Below are positions 61,267 to 64,000 of a DNA stretch of 64,000 nucleotides, in pieces. This stretch comes from a virus. The notes below the pieces were generated by a model that saw nothing but the letters and a program-made list of their open reading frames with translations, was not told where the DNA came from and searched no databases. The stretch lies in IMG/VR virus record IMGVR_UViG_3300046007_007030. One strand, written 5' to 3'. The position numbers and the translations under genes are program-made. Position 1 is the first letter of the stretch; each line of letters starts with the position of its first letter.

Positions 61267-63664
61267 TACGACCAAAGAGCAGCTGGACATGATCGTTCAG
61301 ACTATAGGCTTCGGTATAGTCTCTGACTTCCGACAGCTCTCTGACGCTATGCTCAACGTGTCATCAGACATTCGAAACAACTCGAATATCATAGGCGATG
61401 TCAATAGGAATCTAGCCGAGACTAGCCGGACTCTGAGTCAAGTCGAGACGAACATCTATAGACAGAGAGACGCTCGCAAATTCAGACAACTGGAATCTCA
61501 GCTCGAGAATCGTCTTAGACTCAACGGCAGTCGCAACGAAGAGACCATGAGGAGGATAGCTGACGCCCTCGATAAATTACAGAAGCAGGGCATACTAGGC
61601 GGAGCTGGAGGCAGTAAAGAAGAGGAAGATACCGGAGGTGGTGGCGTCGGTTTTGTAGAGGGATTGGTAGGCGGCCTTCTCGGTGGTAAAGCCGGTTCTT
61701 TCTTGAAGGGCGCCGCTAAGACTGTAGGTAAAGCAGGAAAATTCGGCCTTGCAGTAGGAGCGGTCGCTGCAGTGGGTGCAGCCGGATCTTATCTCATGGG
61801 TTCTGGCTCTTCAGAAGAAGAACAGGCTCCGGATGCTAACCTATCTCCCTCGGCTGCAGCTTCTGGATCGACTGGTGCCCCTACAGTAGCAAGTGACACG
61901 ATGCAGATGGGTGACGTGGGGCTAGGCGCGGGAGCGACTGTAGGCGCTGCAGCTATCGTGGAGAGAACCACGAGAACTGCCAGACAGAAGGCCATATCAA
62001 AAGTCTTGCCTAAAGTTCCCTCCTACTTATCTAAATTCGGAGGCAAACTCGCTACTACGATAGGCCTAAAGAGTATTCCTATATTCGGAGCTCTCGTGGG
62101 TGGATACTTCTCGTTTAGTCGATTCATGTCTGGTGACACTTGGACGTCTATCGGCGCGGAGTTCGTCTCTGGCGTTGCTCCTAACGTCGGTGGCTTAGGT
62201 GGTCCGGCTGGATACGTAGCGGGAGTCTCGTCTACTCTCGCCATTCAGGCGTACTTGATTACCAGAGACATCTACAATGAAGAGAATGCCATCGACATCA
62301 GAAACAACGTAGTACCGAACTTCGACGACCTCACGATGTCAGAGAAGACGCAGGTAGTCAAAGACGTCGGCGCGTATGTCGAGTCGTATGTGAATAGTCT
62401 CTTGGGTAGAGCCAAGACCGGTGATGCAGCCGTCGCTAATGCGACAGCTTCTTCTACGGCAGGAGCCGGGTCGGCACTTCCGCCGCCGTCTGCTGCACCT
62501 CCTGGCGCCGTTCCAGCGGCACCTCCGAGCTCTGCACCTCCTCCTCAAACATCTGGTCCACCTGCTCCTGAGACTCAAGCTCCTCCAGGAGTCACGACTG
62601 ATACTGCCGCACAAGCCGGAGCAGCATTGGCGGCTGCGGCCCCACCTAATCCGATACCTGATACTCCTGAAGCTAGACAGCAGATGAGCGACAGACTATA
62701 CGGACCCACGAGCGCCGGAGTCAATGAGACAGTCGACGCTGAGATTGGCGGAGGAGTAAGTCCTTCAGACACAGCAGCCTCGTTCTCCACTCAGTCGAAC
62801 CTAGGAGGTGACATCACTGCTCCTACACCAGGAGCGGCAGGTACCTACAGACCGACGTATCCACTCACTGAAGCAGACTTGAGCCCAGACGTGATTAACG
62901 TCATCGCTGGTGAGGCGCGTATGAGTGATCCTACTAGCTACTATGCCGTCATCAATAACATGATGAATAGAGTGGGCGGTCGAGGATACGGGCCTAGTGG
63001 TAACCTGAGACAAGTAGCTCGCGCTCCTGGCCAGTATGCCGGTTATAGAAAGGCGTCACCAGAAGAACAGCAGAAGATCATAGAGGCCATCAAGGCAGTC
63101 GCTGCTGGTAACGTACCAGATAACACTAATGGCTCGACTGAGTTTAGAGCTAGGTGGTACATGCTGGGCGAGGGCAGAGGGAAGACTGCATATAGGACTG
63201 CAGTAGAGCAGGGATTCAACGACCAGGGAGGAAACGTCTACTTCAGGAATCCTAAGGCACAGCTAGGTCCCTACGCTGCTTACTCAGCTGGCAACACTCC
63301 GCCAGAGCAGCAAACCTCGGAGTCATCAAAAGTGTCTAAGCCTATGGCAGAAGGCGCTACAGTCATACCTCTACCATCTGACAAACAGAAGTCCGGTGTC
63401 AGCGCAGACTTGAGACCTCCTGAGACTATGTCTGCAATAGATGATGAAAACACTGAAGACTTTAGTCAGATGCCTATCAACAATAGAAAACAGCAGCCCA
63501 ACTTAGTGGGCAGTCCGTCAGAGAACATAAGGAATAGACTCATCACTTACAGACCATTCATGGAACACATGTTCGGCACGCTGACTGATGAGCTCAGTGC
63601 TCACGTCAGTGGTGAAGTCACAGCAGATAAGGCGTTCAAAGACGCCATGAATCCGTTATCCTGA
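61256..63664 (+). CDS. tape-measure/hub-like virion protein with SleB-like cell wall hydrolase domain
   Basis: Coiled coil, Gly/Ala hydrophobic helices, Pro-rich linker, then VIAGEAR...AVINNMMNRV...APGQY...DNTNGSTEF...GGNVYF. Confidence 0.7.
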   Translation: MADNTTKEQLDMIVQTIGFGIVSDFRQLSDAMLNVSSDIRNNSNIIGDVNRNLAETSRTLSQVETNIYRQRDARKFRQLESQLENRLRLNGSRNEETMRRIADALDKLQKQGILGGAGGSKEEEDTGGGGVGFVEGLVGGLLGGKAGSFLKGAAKTVGKAGKFGLAVGAVAAVGAAGSYLMGSGSSEEEQAPDANLSPSAAASGSTGAPTVASDTMQMGDVGLGAGATVGAAAIVERTTRTARQKAISKVLPKVPSYLSKFGGKLATTIGLKSIPIFGALVGGYFSFSRFMSGDTWTSIGAEFVSGVAPNVGGLGGPAGYVAGVSSTLAIQAYLITRDIYNEENAIDIRNNVVPNFDDLTMSEKTQVVKDVGAYVESYVNSLLGRAKTGDAAVANATASSTAGAGSALPPPSAAPPGAVPAAPPSSAPPPQTSGPPAPETQAPPGVTTDTAAQAGAALAAAAPPNPIPDTPEARQQMSDRLYGPTSAGVNETVDAEIGGGVSPSDTAASFSTQSNLGGDITAPTPGAAGTYRPTYPLTEADLSPDVINVIAGEARMSDPTSYYAVINNMMNRVGGRGYGPSGNLRQVARAPGQYAGYRKASPEEQQKIIEAIKAVAAGNVPDNTNGSTEFRARWYMLGEGRGKTAYRTAVEQGFNDQGGNVYFRNPKAQLGPYAAYSAGNTPPEQQTSESSKVSKPMAEGATVIPLPSDKQKSGVSADLRPPETMSAIDDENTEDFSQMPINNRKQQPNLVGSPSENIRNRLITYRPFMEHMFGTLTDELSAHVSGEVTADKAFKDAMNPLS

Positions 63665-64000
63665 TGATCAACGTAGAACTCCAGAGACTAAAGACTCGCG
63701 TTGGTAACTCGTTCTTGCGTGCGTTCTATCCTATCGACTATCGCAGTACTCAAAACATTATCAGTAATCTCGATAAGCTACTGGAGCGCGAGACCAGAGA
63801 ACTGCGCACGATGTCTTCTACTACTAGTCAGATAAGTCAGAAGATCGGTAGGACTATAAACACTCTGGCAGAAGAAGTTGACAAGAGTCAGAGAGCGCTG
63901 GACGACTTACAAAATAAGCTAAGCGCCAGCGACGAGATTTTGCTCGAAAGAATGACGCAGATGGAGCAGTCGTCATTAAACCTGAACGGTCTGCTAGGCG
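63664..64000 (+). CDS. coiled-coil protein (second tape-measure/hub-like gene), runs off the window edge
   Basis: ATG 63664 overlaps the previous TGA; MINVELQRLKTRVG... stays open to the end of the window. Confidence 0.7.
   Translation, partial: MINVELQRLKTRVGNSFLRAFYPIDYRSTQNIISNLDKLLERETRELRTMSSTTSQISQKIGRTINTLAEEVDKSQRALDDLQNKLSASDEILLERMTQMEQSSLNLNGLLG

Overview
This window is the virion morphogenesis region of a large T4-superfamily myovirus, with a gene order like cyanophage/alphaproteobacterial T4-like phages; the host cannot be determined from this window. The minus strand (1-58546), in transcription order, carries: gp48-like, gp53, gp27-like hub, a short lysozyme-less gp5, gp25, gp6, gp7-like, gp8, a DUF4815/VrlC-like protein split over two genes, PAAR, small adaptors, three tail-fibre genes with chaperones and adhesins, a lysis cassette (GH19 endolysin, two holin-like genes), gp13-gp20, a gp67-like core protein, three large internal-protein-like genes and gp21 (truncated). 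The plus strand (58585-64000) carries gp4, gp2, gp54-like, gp26, a gp51-like ORF and two tape-measure/hub-like genes, the first with a SleB-like hydrolase domain. Two freestanding GIY-YIG homing endonucleases and several TATAAATA late promoters are present. No tRNA, rRNA or CRISPR array was seen. The most notable signals are: (1) very dense N-X-S/T sequons in outward-facing virion proteins, suggesting a glycosylated virion; (2) internal-head polyproteins of basic modules separated by prohead-protease-type linkers, one module being an AT-rich cassette between direct repeats; (3) a probable -1 frameshift joining gp26 to a start-less gp51-like ORF just upstream of the tape-measure-like gene; (4) capsid-targeting-sequence proteins, one with LysM, inside the lysis cassette; (5) matched C-/N-terminal motif pairs and cassette architecture in the fibres. 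All family assignments are from motif recognition and synteny, not from database searches.
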